DNA of 64,000 nt from a virus, in the IMG/VR virus record IMGVR_UViG_3300013233_000773; one strand, given 5' to 3'. The position numbers and the translations under genes were made by a program. Below are positions 36,005 through 45,132 of the stretch, piece by piece; positions within the stretch are counted from its first letter, which is position 1; every line of letters starts with the position of its first letter. The notes beneath the pieces are model-generated. The model saw only the letters and a program-made list of their open reading frames with translations, was not told where the DNA came from and did no database searches.

Positions 36005-38550
36005 GTCCCACCACAGTCCGGCGGCAAAGCCAGCCGGTACGTCACCGACACCACCCCGGACAGCCGACCGGGCCTCCGCACCGAATCCCACAGCCCAGCC
36101 AGGAGCACCGCGTCCGTAGCCTCCCCGTCCAGACCCTCAAGGTCCACGTACAGGTCAAGGTCCAGGTGCCTAGCGTCCGGATCAAGCATCTGCGACCCCG
36201 GAGAGTCCGCACCGCCCGGATTGTTCGCCGACAGGCCATTCTTGACCGACGTCACGAAGTCCTGGACGTCCCTCGTAAGGAACTGCCCATTCCGCACCAC
36301 CTGACTCCTAGTAAGCAGGTTCCCCTCATCGTCCTCCGCATACTCCGGGAACAACGGAGGCGGATCCGCAGACCTGTCCCCCGTCGGATCCACGTGCGCC
36401 CCATCCGGCCACACGTTCCCCTTCGTGGAGATCCTCGCGATTATCTTCCTCTGCTGCGAATCCAGTATCTCGTACAGGTCCCCCGGAGAAGGAGTACGCA
36501 CCTTAGTCCCACCGGACAGCGTAACCGCCCTCCACGGCCTCCTCAGGATCAGCGTGTCCGAAGTATTGTCCCTGATCGTCCTGGACTGCCCGGCCAGGTC
36601 ACCGGTCAACAGCGTCACCCGAAAGCCGTTGTTGGCCGGGAACGACCCATTGTCGTCGTTCTGGCGCTCCTTCCACTGGCCGTTCGTCCACGTCTTCGTC
36701 GTGTCTATCAGAACCCGCCTCGACGAGGAAGCCGTCGACACCGACCCCGTCCCATCCACGGGAGGGCCCGAAGGCGTAGTGGACGACAGCACCACCAGCT
36801 CGTCCCGCAGGGTCGGATGCAGCGTATGCCCGTCTCCGCGCAGGTTGTCCCTCTTCGACTCGAACGCCTCCCTGTCACCCGGCCACTCCTGCCTCGTCGC
36901 CCTGTTCGCGGACGGATCGCCCTGCCTCCGGCGCAGCGTCATCAGGTCGAACGTGTAATAGTTGTTCAGGGCAAAGTCAGGATTGTTCGAGTTCCTAGAG
37001 ACGCGCAGCGCCGCCGTAAGGTCGACGATCAGCACGTTCGCCCCCTGCCTGGTAAAGTGCAGCGGCGTAATGTACTCATAGTCCTTGTCCAGGTTCCGCC
37101 TGAACTGCTGCGCATGGCTCCGCCCGCTCACCGGAACCGTCTGCTGGAACGTGTCCACCGACACCCACGATCCAGTGGTCGACGCATCAACCGCCCGCAC
37201 CACATCCGGATCGAAGTAGAACAGCATCTTGCGCGCCGTATCGAACCACACCCGGCAGTCCGAAGCCGTAGCCGTCCCGGACGTCCCCGTCGCAACCACC
37301 GGACAGTCGGCCTGCGCACAGAACGTAAAGTCCCCACCCACGGCTACCGGCAACCACCCCGTCTTCTCCCCATCGTTGAAGACCTTGATCCACAGCGTAG
37401 TGTTCTCGTCCGGCGGATCCGAACCCGAAGGATCGCCGCTAGAACGGCCATAGACCGCACCGATCCGGCCCCGCACCACCCCCTCCGGACTGCCCGGACC
37501 GAACTTGACGTTGTCCCCCGTCACGAACCCATCGTCGTCCAGCAGGCCATTCCCCTCGCCGCCCACCGCGTTCTTAAGGCCACCCGCCACGACGGACCGG
37601 GATACCAAAGCCTCCCCAAGGACGTCCAGACCCGACGACGAGAAGAACCCACGCACTGACGGACACACCCCGACCGCGCCCGTCAGGAACCTGACGAAGC
37701 CACCGGAGCCAGTCGCCGACGCGTCCGACACCACGTCCACCACCGCCGAACCGCGCGAAGTCGAAGAGTCCAGCGAACAGTCCGAAGTACCACCAGTGCC
37801 GAGCCCAAAGGAAACCCCCGCGCTCAACAGGGTATGTTCGGAGTCCGGTCCGAACAGGCCCTTTGCCGCCTGCACACGGCCCAGAACGTCGCCGAGCTCC
37901 AGCTTGTAGGACAGCAGGCCACCGGCCATATCCAGGAGGACGTCGCCGCCAGAGACCTGCAGCCTGTTTCCGAGGCCCTTCACGGGCACCGCCGTCCCGA
38001 TCCCGACGGTGCCCTCAGAGTCGATGCGCATGTGCTCGACTATCGCGAAGTCAGAGCCAGTGCCCCCGACCGTGCCACCGGTCGCCGGAAGATCCATCGT
38101 CGTCGCGAACTGCAGATACCCAGCCCTGCTCCCATCCTCCCCCTTCTCCTTGCGCCCAGCCACCGTCCCGAACGCAAAGACCTCATCAGAGAGCGACGAG
38201 CTCTTCCCGCTGAACCTAAGCTGCGGGCCGACATCAGCACCCGGAACATCACAGCTTATCAGCCTGACGTTGCCCGCCAGCTCACCAGAGTCCACCACGT
38301 CCGACGGAATCTGGAAGCCAACGGAGCTCCTGAAGATCTTCAGGCCGTCTATCTCGAACTGGTCGCTGAACGTGTCGACGAACTTCTTCGTGGACTCCCC
38401 CGTCCCACCGCTCGATATGGGCAGGACGAACCCCGTCGTGCCGTCCAGGGAGCCGGATATGGCCACCGACAGGGCCTTCTCGGCGGTGGCCCGGATCTCG
38501 TCTATGAGGGCCTCCACCCGCCTCAGCCCATCAAGGTTCTCGTTAGCCAT
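36001..38550 (-). CDS. Large virion / tail-fibre-like protein
   Basis: 'MRIDSEGTVGIGTAVP', 'GSPEGVV..IGAVY..TLWIK..TGW' and 'GQSRTIRDNTSDTL' fibre-type motifs; upstream CAAAGATA. Confidence 0.65.
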   Translation of the reverse strand: MANENLDGLRRVEALIDEIRATAEKALSVAISGSLDGTTGFVLPISSGGTGESTKKFVDTFSDQFEIDGLKIFRSSVGFQIPSDVVDSGELAGNVRLISCDVPGADVGPQLRFSGKSSSLSDEVFAFGTVAGRKEKGEDGSRAGYLQFATTMDLPATGGTVGGTGSDFAIVEHMRIDSEGTVGIGTAVPVKGLGNRLQVSGGDVLLDMAGGLLSYKLELGDVLGRVQAAKGLFGPDSEHTLLSAGVSFGLGTGGTSDCSLDSSTSRGSAVVDVVSDASATGSGGFVRFLTGAVGVCPSVRGFFSSSGLDVLGEALVSRSVVAGGLKNAVGGEGNGLLDDDGFVTGDNVKFGPGSPEGVVRGRIGAVYGRSSGDPSGSDPPDENTTLWIKVFNDGEKTGWLPVAVGGDFTFCAQADCPVVATGTSGTATASDCRVWFDTARKMLFYFDPDVVRAVDASTTGSWVSVDTFQQTVPVSGRSHAQQFRRNLDKDYEYITPLHFTRQGANVLIVDLTAALRVSRNSNNPDFALNNYYTFDLMTLRRRQGDPSANRATRQEWPGDREAFESKRDNLRGDGHTLHPTLRDELVVLSSTTPSGPPVDGTGSVSTASSSRRVLIDTTKTWTNGQWKERQNDDNGSFPANNGFRVTLLTGDLAGQSRTIRDNTSDTLILRRPWRAVTLSGGTKVRTPSPGDLYEILDSQQRKIIARISTKGNVWPDGAHVDPTGDRSADPPPLFPEYAEDDEGNLLTRSQVVRNGQFLTRDVQDFVTSVKNGLSANNPGGADSPGSQMLDPDARHLDLDLYVDLEGLDGEATDAVLLAGLWDSVRRPGRLSGVVSVTYRLALPPDCGGT

Positions 38551-38602
38551 TCAAGGACTCTCCGGGGATGCGCCTGGTCCGACCCGATATCTTTGTCCAG
38601 CG

Positions 38603-38932
38603 TCACGCATAGAACCCGTCCGAGTCCACGCACACCAGGTCGTCGAACGACACTATACAGTACACAGGCCGCTCCGGATCCTCCACCGTGGGACATATCT
38701 CATAATAGAACCTGGCCTCGCGGTCTATCACCACCCTGTCCCCGACCGCCACCTCACGGCACCCGAACCTCCCGTCCTCCTTCCCGCAGAGCGGACAGTC
38801 CCTCCCGAAAGAGACCACCCTCCCCACCTGCGCAGGACCGTCCGCGTCCTCCAGCTCCAGAAGGACATGCCTCCCGACAGGCACCGGCAGAGCCTTCCCG
38901 CCCGGTCGTCCGCTCTCCGTGCCCTCACTCAT
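38603..38932 (-). CDS. GroES/Cpn10-like co-chaperonin
   Basis: 'PVGRHVLLE..GRVVSFG..VAVGDRVVI..YCIVSFDDLVCV' follows the GroES pattern PLxDRVLV/GxVxAVG/VxVGDxV/ILxExDILA. Confidence 0.65.
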   Translation of the reverse strand: MSEGTESGRPGGKALPVPVGRHVLLELEDADGPAQVGRVVSFGRDCPLCGKEDGRFGCREVAVGDRVVIDREARFYYEICPTVEDPERPVYCIVSFDDLVCVDSDGFYA

Positions 38933-39977
38933 CGGAGTGCATCTCCGCAGCCGTCAAGCAGCCCCTCGACACCGCAAGCAGCGGCTCAGGAGCCTGCCTC
39001 ACCTCCCCAACGGGAACGCCCAACTCCCCAGAGTGCTCCGACAGCTTCGCCGAGAGCAGAACCATAAAGCCCTTCGGCATCGACGTCCCCCCAGCGTTCA
39101 CCACCGTCACCGGCTCCGGAAACCTACACTTGTCCCTGTTGTCGCCAAAGCCCCTCGCTATCGAATGCACGATATTCTCAACCTGTATCTCGTACATGAT
39201 CCTCAGGGCCTGCCCCACCGAACCCGCCGGATGGTCAACCCCAAGGTCGAACTCGGGAGACGTCTTCACCGCCGCCACCGACGTAGGAGTCTCCCTATAG
39301 TCCCCCTCCGGACGCGCCGGATCGTACCCGAACCTCCTCGCCGCCTCCAGGTCGATCAGGTCACCCGCCCCCACCACGCAGAACTCGAAGATCGGGATCC
39401 CCATGTACGCCGCATGCACCGTGATGGTCCCCGCGCCCCACGAGATGCCAATGGCAGGCCCCTGCACGTCCATGATCAGGCACCGCGCCTCGTTTACATG
39501 GAAGGCACTGATCCGCTCCTGCCCCACGAACTTCTCGATCATCAACTGGACGATCCTACGGTGAAAGTCCACGTTCAGGGACTCGGAGTTCACCGCCTTG
39601 GCCGTCGTGCAGTAGTACAGCACCGTCCCCTTCTCCGGAGACTTCCCCACCACCGACTCTATTATCGACTTGACGATGATCGCCATGATCTCCTGCGCGG
39701 CCGGATCGTCCCGCGAAACCCCACCCTCCGCCATCGGACGGCGCAGCGTCTTGTTGAACATGAACGCAAGCTTCTCCGCCTTCCCCCCGATCGCTATCAG
39801 CGACCCACCATGCTCCACGTGCGGCACCCCCTGCTTCACCAGAAGCTGCCTGGTGAACTGGTCGTCCCGCCTCAGCTCAATGTAGCCGTTCACCTCGTAC
39901 CGGCTCCTGACGCGGCCATCCTCCCTCCACGACAGCACGATGTGCTTAGTGCCCAGGTCAAGTCCAAGCCTATCCAT
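38925..39977 (-). CDS. Actin-like ATPase (ParM/MreB superfamily)
   Basis: Phosphate-1 'GLDLGT', 'RRPMAEG', connect-1 'VNEAR', phosphate-2 'ISWGAGT', adenosine 'AGGTS', 'PLLAVSRG'. ATG 39977 with GGAGG. Confidence 0.85.
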   Translation of the reverse strand: MDRLGLDLGTKHIVLSWREDGRVRSRYEVNGYIELRRDDQFTRQLLVKQGVPHVEHGGSLIAIGGKAEKLAFMFNKTLRRPMAEGGVSRDDPAAQEIMAIIVKSIIESVVGKSPEKGTVLYYCTTAKAVNSESLNVDFHRRIVQLMIEKFVGQERISAFHVNEARCLIMDVQGPAIGISWGAGTITVHAAYMGIPIFEFCVVGAGDLIDLEAARRFGYDPARPEGDYRETPTSVAAVKTSPEFDLGVDHPAGSVGQALRIMYEIQVENIVHSIARGFGDNRDKCRFPEPVTVVNAGGTSMPKGFMVLLSAKLSEHSGELGVPVGEVRQAPEPLLAVSRGCLTAAEMHSDE

Positions 39978-40275
39978 GATGATCCTCCTGATCCGCCCCC
40001 TTGACGTCCTCGCCGAACCCGACGGGACTGCTCCCGAGCCCCCCAAGGCCCGACGCGAACTGCTCGAGCCGCTCCTCGTCGGACACCGGAACGACAGGCC
40101 CACCACCTGGGCCGCCTCCTCCCGCCTCAACCCATGGTCCGGATCCACCGGAAGGCTTCCCCTCCGCAGGCCCGGCGGGTCCATCGACGACGACGCGAAC
40201 CGGCGCGACCTCAACCCGCACCTCCAGTCTCCCAGGACAAGGACCGAACAGCCACCTCAGGAACCTCCCGATCAC
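39970..40275 (-). CDS. Small hypothetical protein coupled to the actin-like gene
   Basis: GTG start MIGRFLRWLFG; C-terminal 'FGEDVKG'; overlaps the actin-like start. Confidence 0.5.
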   Translation of the reverse strand: MIGRFLRWLFGPCPGRLEVRVEVAPVRVVVDGPAGPAEGKPSGGSGPWVEAGGGGPGGGPVVPVSDEERLEQFASGLGGLGSSPVGFGEDVKGADQEDHHG

Positions 40276-40772
40276 CGACCACCCCCATCCCTCCCGGCCA
40301 GATGCAAGAACCTGGCCGCGTCCCCCTCCCGCACGAACATGACCGAACCCACCCCCACCTGCGAGACGGTCACCTCCCCATCCCATATCACCATGAGCTC
40401 ACGGTCCCCACAACCGCACACCGTCCCCAGCCTCTCCCCACACGAAACCCTCACTGGAGCAGGACCCTCCCCATGCCTCTCCTCACACCACAGCACGCAC
40501 GCCCCCGCGTCCCCCGAGCAGGAGGAACCGGAACCAGGGCAGGCCCTATACCGCGCGAACCGATAGCGTGCCCCGGAACGCTCCTCCCGCCCGACCAGCC
40601 ACCCGTCAACCTCCCGCCACAGGACCCACGCCCCGCTCCTGCCAGTCCCCGACGACCGGAGAGTCCTAAAGCCCCCACCCCCGGCACGGTATCCTGCGGC
40701 CAGCCGGAGCCTCTCCCGCCTCGATGGAGGATCCTCTGGAACCATCGTCTTCACGAACCTAGGCACGCCCAT
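40272..40772 (-). CDS. Hypothetical protein
   Basis: 166-aa ORF coupled to neighbours. Confidence 0.45.
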   Translation of the reverse strand: MGVPRFVKTMVPEDPPSRRERLRLAAGYRAGGGGFRTLRSSGTGRSGAWVLWREVDGWLVGREERSGARYRFARYRACPGSGSSCSGDAGACVLWCEERHGEGPAPVRVSCGERLGTVCGCGDRELMVIWDGEVTVSQVGVGSVMFVREGDAARFLHLAGRDGGGR

Positions 40773-41082
40773 GGCCGACCCCGCGCACCAGGTGCAGCTT
40801 CAGCAGGCTGCACACGAACCCCGGACACCCGGCCCAGCCAGGAGGAACCCTAGCGTCCAGCCCAGCGTCAAGCCTCACCGCAGCCTCCACCGCCTCCCTC
40901 AGCCTACCCATCCCAAGGAAGTGGAGCACCATGTTCCGGTGACCAACTGGAGGAAGCTGCTCCCAGCACGCCCTGGAGGCCTCGTGCACGTCCATGAACT
41001 GCCTCGAGCACGGCCACGCCGCAAGATACGCCCCGCGCCGCCGTTCCGGGCAGCCGTCCAGAAAGTCCTCGAGACCGCTCAC
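40759..41082 (-). CDS. Hypothetical protein
   Basis: GTG start (MSGLEDFLDG) overlapping the upstream stop. Confidence 0.45.
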   Translation of the reverse strand: MSGLEDFLDGCPERRRGAYLAAWPCSRQFMDVHEASRACWEQLPPVGHRNMVLHFLGMGRLREAVEAAVRLDAGLDARVPPGWAGCPGFVCSLLKLHLVRGVGHGRA

Positions 41083-41414
41083 TGCCCCAGGGCGTCCCCT
41101 ACGGCATCCTCGAACGCCCTCATCACCCTCTTCCTCGGAGAGTCCAGCCGCTCCCCGTCCTGGAACGGTAGGAGCCCCTGCACCATCTCGACCTCCCCAT
41201 CCGGAACGGATGGCTCCTCTGCCGGCTCGCTGCTGCACTTCCACCCCTCCTTCTTCAGCCTGGAGACCACTATCGGAATCCTGGCCGAAGGCGTCCCTAT
41301 CGACCTGGCATAGCGCCACCAGGCGTTCGCGCACGCCTTCTTGGCAGACACAGCCTCCGTCATGCACGAAAACTTGACCATCCCCCGCAGAGAAATGGTG
41401 CACGAATATGTCAT
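41079..41414 (-). CDS. Hypothetical protein
   Basis: 111 aa with GGAGG RBS. Confidence 0.55.
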   Translation of the reverse strand: MTYSCTISLRGMVKFSCMTEAVSAKKACANAWWRYARSIGTPSARIPIVVSRLKKEGWKCSSEPAEEPSVPDGEVEMVQGLLPFQDGERLDSPRKRVMRAFEDAVGDALGQ

Positions 41415-41426
41415 GCAGTCACCCTC

Positions 41427-41993
41427 CTAGAACCCGTAGCCAAACAAGTCTATGTCCGGAGCAAAGGTTCGGCCGACCAGCTCCCTGGTCTCCTCGTCGT
41501 AGAAGTCACGATAGGACACCCTGTTGGAGACGTTCAGCCTCGGCAACACGGCCGACACTCCAATCCTGGAACATATCGACCGAAAGTCATCCTCAAGACG
41601 TTCAAAGCGACCAACGAAGTCAACCAGCGCCTCCCCATCGTCTGAACAGACGAGGTCCTTCTGAAACCGGACGTCGTTATCGCACCGCCACTTGACGTAC
41701 GCCCCAAAGCTCCCAAGGCCCTTGACGAGACCGTGCTGAAAGTGACGCTTCTCGAGCAGCATGTAGCAGTACTGCGAAACCTGCCAGTCCCACGGATTCC
41801 TAACGAAGGCAAAGGAGAAGAGTGACCTGAACCTCTCCCTCCCAAGCCTCTCGACGACCTCGGCAGCGCTGACGTGGGCATGAAACGGCCCGGGATTCTT
41901 CTTCGCGAACGGACCAAGCGCCCTAGCAATGCTCATCCCGGCATTCTTGTAGACGTGTATGAAGATGAACCCATGCCTGTAGGAGATAAGCAT
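41427..41993 (-). CDS. Sulfotransferase (Sulfotransfer_2-like)
   Basis: 'FIFIHVYKNAGMSI','FAFVRNPWDWQVS','DFVGRFERLEDDF','DIDLFGYGF'. Confidence 0.88.
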   Translation of the reverse strand: MLISYRHGFIFIHVYKNAGMSIARALGPFAKKNPGPFHAHVSAAEVVERLGRERFRSLFSFAFVRNPWDWQVSQYCYMLLEKRHFQHGLVKGLGSFGAYVKWRCDNDVRFQKDLVCSDDGEALVDFVGRFERLEDDFRSICSRIGVSAVLPRLNVSNRVSYRDFYDEETRELVGRTFAPDIDLFGYGF

Positions 41994-42100
41994 CCAGCAT
42001 CCCCAGCGAAGAAACCATATTTACGTTTTGCCCGCACACTCTAGACGCCTGAGCGGCCCCGCCAAAGATCAAACAGGAGACCGGACCAAGGAGACGGAAC

Positions 42101-42949
42101 ATGGCAGATCGCGCACGCACGGCAGCCACGCTCATCCTCGTCGCCGCAACCGCCGGCTGCATATCCGGAAACCGCGCCAACCACACCGACACCGGACCAC
42201 AGGTCCTGGCAGGCCCCGTCATCGCCGTCCGCGACCCCGCCGACGCCGCCGCAGGCAGGAAGCAGATAGTCTCCGACCTCAAGGACCAGATAGTCACCAG
42301 CTCCAACGCCACCAGGAACCAGCTCTCCGGAATGGTCACCACCAGCATATCCAAGCTCGGAGAGAAGGTGACAGGCATAGAGGCCTCCATCCAGAGCCTC
42401 CTCCACATGGACCTCACCGCAGACGTCAAGGCAAGCCTCAACAACCAGCTCAAGGCCACCGCCGAGATGCACAACAGCATAGAGTCCCTGCTCAAGGTGC
42501 AGAGCACCGTACAGGGAAACCTCGAAAGCCTAGTCCGCATCAACGGAGAGCTCCGCGCCCAGGTCAACGGCCTCGAAGCCAGCCTCAACGCCCTCGCCAA
42601 CGGCCAAGCAGGCATAGGAAACAAGATAACCAGCAGCATGGACCGCATTGATTCGTCCATGCGCGCCAACGCAGGACGCGACGTCAACATGTTCCCAAAG
42701 CAGGCAGTCGACGCCCTCATAGCCTCCTGGCGCACCTTCACGGCAGTCATAGCCATGATCCTCGCCCTCATCGCCGCCATCACCGCATACCTCTACCGCA
42801 GCAGAAGGGACGAACTCCACAGACGATACGAACTCGAACGCGCCCGCAACAAGGCGACGAACGACCTGCTCCACCACGCCCTCCTCCACGTCCCGCCCGA
42901 AAAGGCCAAGCAGATATTGCCAGACCAGCCACCGGCCCCGACCACATAG
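42101..42949 (+). CDS. Coiled-coil lipoprotein with C-terminal TM helix (candidate unimolecular spanin)
   Basis: 'TAATLILVAATAGC' lipobox; heptad-rich middle; TM 'FTAVIAMILALIAAITAYLY' followed by RSRR. Confidence 0.6.
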   Translation: MADRARTAATLILVAATAGCISGNRANHTDTGPQVLAGPVIAVRDPADAAAGRKQIVSDLKDQIVTSSNATRNQLSGMVTTSISKLGEKVTGIEASIQSLLHMDLTADVKASLNNQLKATAEMHNSIESLLKVQSTVQGNLESLVRINGELRAQVNGLEASLNALANGQAGIGNKITSSMDRIDSSMRANAGRDVNMFPKQAVDALIASWRTFTAVIAMILALIAAITAYLYRSRRDELHRRYELERARNKATNDLLHHALLHVPPEKAKQILPDQPPAPTT

Positions 42950-42959
42950 GACCGAGCGG

Positions 42960-43748
42960 TCAAACCGGCCACGGAACGACAGGCCTCCGCCTCCTGGAAA
43001 GCCTCCCAGGAACACGGGGCACGCACTCGGAAGGGTTCAGGATACAATACAGGTCATCTATCTCCCACCCCTGACGAACCACCCCACGGCACAGCGACGA
43101 CTCAAGCACCGCCGCCCACTTCCCCTCCCCACGATCATGCACCCACGCCCTACACACCCGCCCGACCAGCCTAGAACCCCAAGCGTTCCAACCACGCTTC
43201 GGGGAGAACCTCTGCCTACGCACAAGCTCACCACAGCGGACCCACCCGGCACCGGGCAGCCTAATGAAACCATCTCCGAAGAGCACCCTCTCGTGTACCG
43301 GAGCCCCAGTGCCCCTATCCGCCCTAAAGCACCCATGGTCACCACCGCGCAGGACCCTCGGAAGGTCCCCAACCGACCTCACGGACGGACGGACGAAGTC
43401 AAGGACCGCCACTACGTCCCTGGCGGCCTGCTCGAGCACCACGGGGTGCACCGGCCTCAGCTCCCTGTGCGACCATGTTAGCTCAACCAGGTCCCCTAGG
43501 ACGTCCTTCATCTCGAACACTGGTAGGGAACGGCCCTCCACGATCGCCCTATACCACCCGGACAGGATCCAGTTGTGGACGAACCTAGTCGCTAAACATG
43601 ACCTGCTGAAGGACTCCTCCTGCTCCTCCCCAGGATACAGGTGTACGGCGTGCCTGTCGAACAGCCTGATCCCGGACCGTATGCGGACATCGAACTCGGC
43701 CATCCGGTCAAGTCCTCCACTCAGTGCCTCTTTGCACATTGGAAACAT
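42960..43748 (-). CDS. Hypothetical protein
   Basis: 262-aa ORF with GAGG RBS, divergent from the structured non-coding element. Confidence 0.55.
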   Translation of the reverse strand: MFPMCKEALSGGLDRMAEFDVRIRSGIRLFDRHAVHLYPGEEQEESFSRSCLATRFVHNWILSGWYRAIVEGRSLPVFEMKDVLGDLVELTWSHRELRPVHPVVLEQAARDVVAVLDFVRPSVRSVGDLPRVLRGGDHGCFRADRGTGAPVHERVLFGDGFIRLPGAGWVRCGELVRRQRFSPKRGWNAWGSRLVGRVCRAWVHDRGEGKWAAVLESSLCRGVVRQGWEIDDLYCILNPSECVPRVPGRLSRRRRPVVPWPV

Positions 43749-43825
43749 ATCCTCTGAACCAGGACTCTCAGGAGAGGGGCAAGCGGCCTGTCCTCTTAGT
43801 CGATCCAGAGCGTATATAGCGTCAC

Positions 43826-44455
43826 TGGAGGGAAAGGACCCTCCCGAGGGGACAGGCCTGATCTTTAGAAGGGCCAGTCCAGGCGGTCGTTAGAAAGGCA
43901 GCCGGGTCACCGACCCTGCAGCGCGTCGTGATGACGCCCTGTGTGACCAGGCGGACCCGTTCAAATGGGTACGGCTAGACCGCCAAGACAAAAACAGCAA
44001 AGCCTAGGGCGCAGTTAAAGCCAAGCAGGACAGAGGACCGCCGGTGAACTCTAAAGTCTCATAGCCGGCAACACAGAACGCCATCGTGAACCGGACCGGG
44101 CGTGGCACCCCGGAAACGACACGATGCCGGCACGGCGCTGCACATGCTGCTCGATCACGGCACTAGAAAAAGCCGAACGGGGCACACACGACGCTGAGTG
44201 AGGATGGAAAGGGACGACAAGCCACCTTCTCCTGAGAGCACATGTGCAGGACAGACCGACCGGAATAACCAGCGGGCCAAGAACAGGCGACTGTCCTTGG
44301 CGCCGGAGAGTAGCGGTAATCAGTCCGCCACGATGGAACTCCGGCAATGCGGACCTCTGCTTGGTCGTGACCGCCCGGACGAGATCCGGATGGACGCGCG
44401 AAAGGAAGCATCCTGGCCACGCCATGGTCACCTGTCTAGAGGACCATGGCCCACG
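43826..44455 (+). ncRNA. Putative large structured non-coding RNA (unclassified)
   Basis: Many nested and long-range complementary segments, a GCGA tetraloop, A-rich linkers, an upstream promoter-like 15-mer and no credible ORF. Confidence 0.6.
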
Positions 44456-44535
44456 TTTAACAAGGATGGTACCTTGGAGGTGATGAACTAGGCTACTGAC
44501 AACCAAATAACTGGATCCATCTCATGGCCAGTGGG

Positions 44536-44681
44536 CTCATTCTCTCCTGCCACATGCAGCGGCACACCAAGGAGAAGAGGAAGAGGAAGAGAAAGATAGA
44601 CATAAAACCAGTGCCATTGACCTCATTGACCTCATTCTCTCCTGCCACATGCAGCACAACACCAAGGAGAGGAAGAGGAAG
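44536..44681 (+). repeat. Imperfect direct repeat pair (25-nt exact core)
   Basis: ctcattctctcctgccacatgcagc at 44536-44560 and 44631-44655, each followed by acaccaaggaga..gaggaag. Confidence 0.85.
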
Positions 44682-45018
44682 TAGAAGGCGGCAGTCGTTC
44701 CCTTCTGCCATATGGAGTGGATCCAGTGCTGGGGGCCAGGAAGTTCCTCTCCCTTGTCCTAGTGGGCCATGGACAGCAGGATAGATCAGTGGTCACCGCA
44801 GGATCTGGAGGCCAACAGCTGAGGTTCCGGTTATCTTGTTGAAGTCCCGGTTACCTCTACCCCTGATAGCGATGGGACAGCTGACTGTTACTGGTGGACT
44901 GCTAGTATAGAGTACCGCTGGTCCAGGGCCTTGCAGGCGGCGGATGCGGATGCAACTGGAGACATCATATCCAGACAGAGAACGGACAACTAGAAGAAAA
45001 TGAGCCAATGAGTGAGAC

Positions 45019-45065
45019 AAAACAACCGGTTGTGATAGATAAGGAACATAAAACAACCGGTTGTG
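45019..45065. promoter_or_regulatory. Twin palindromic operator-like sites
   Basis: aaaACAACCGGTTGTg at 45019-45034 and 45050-45065. Confidence 0.65.
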
Positions 45066-45080
45066 GTCTAAAGAAGTTAC

Positions 45081-45108
45081 TTGCATTTAGTCTCTTATTT
45101 GATATCGT
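45081..45108 (+). promoter_or_regulatory. Sigma70-like promoter
   Basis: TTGCAT-16 nt-TATCGT with TG extension in an AT-rich tract upstream of 45133. Confidence 0.4.
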
Positions 45109-45132
45109 GACCCTGGTCTTGGAGAAGACAAA

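Noticed and set aside
35833-40004. Long plus-strand ORFs (608, 488, 352 and 361 aa), and similar ones such as 30556-32004 and 847-2079
   Set aside because: Arg/Pro/His-rich antisense shadows of well-supported minus-strand genes, expected at high GC.
43826-44455. RNase P RNA, tmRNA, or group I/II intron identity for the structured element; ORFs 44051-44506, 44163-44420 and 44198-44491
   Set aside because: No GAGGAAAGUCC RNase P core, no tRNA-like ends or tag ORF, and no interrupted host gene or recognisable intron termini. The ORFs lack RBSs and protein-like composition.
44536-44681. Repeat pair as a mini-CRISPR
   Set aside because: Only two copies, similarity extends into the would-be spacer, and there are no cas genes in the window.
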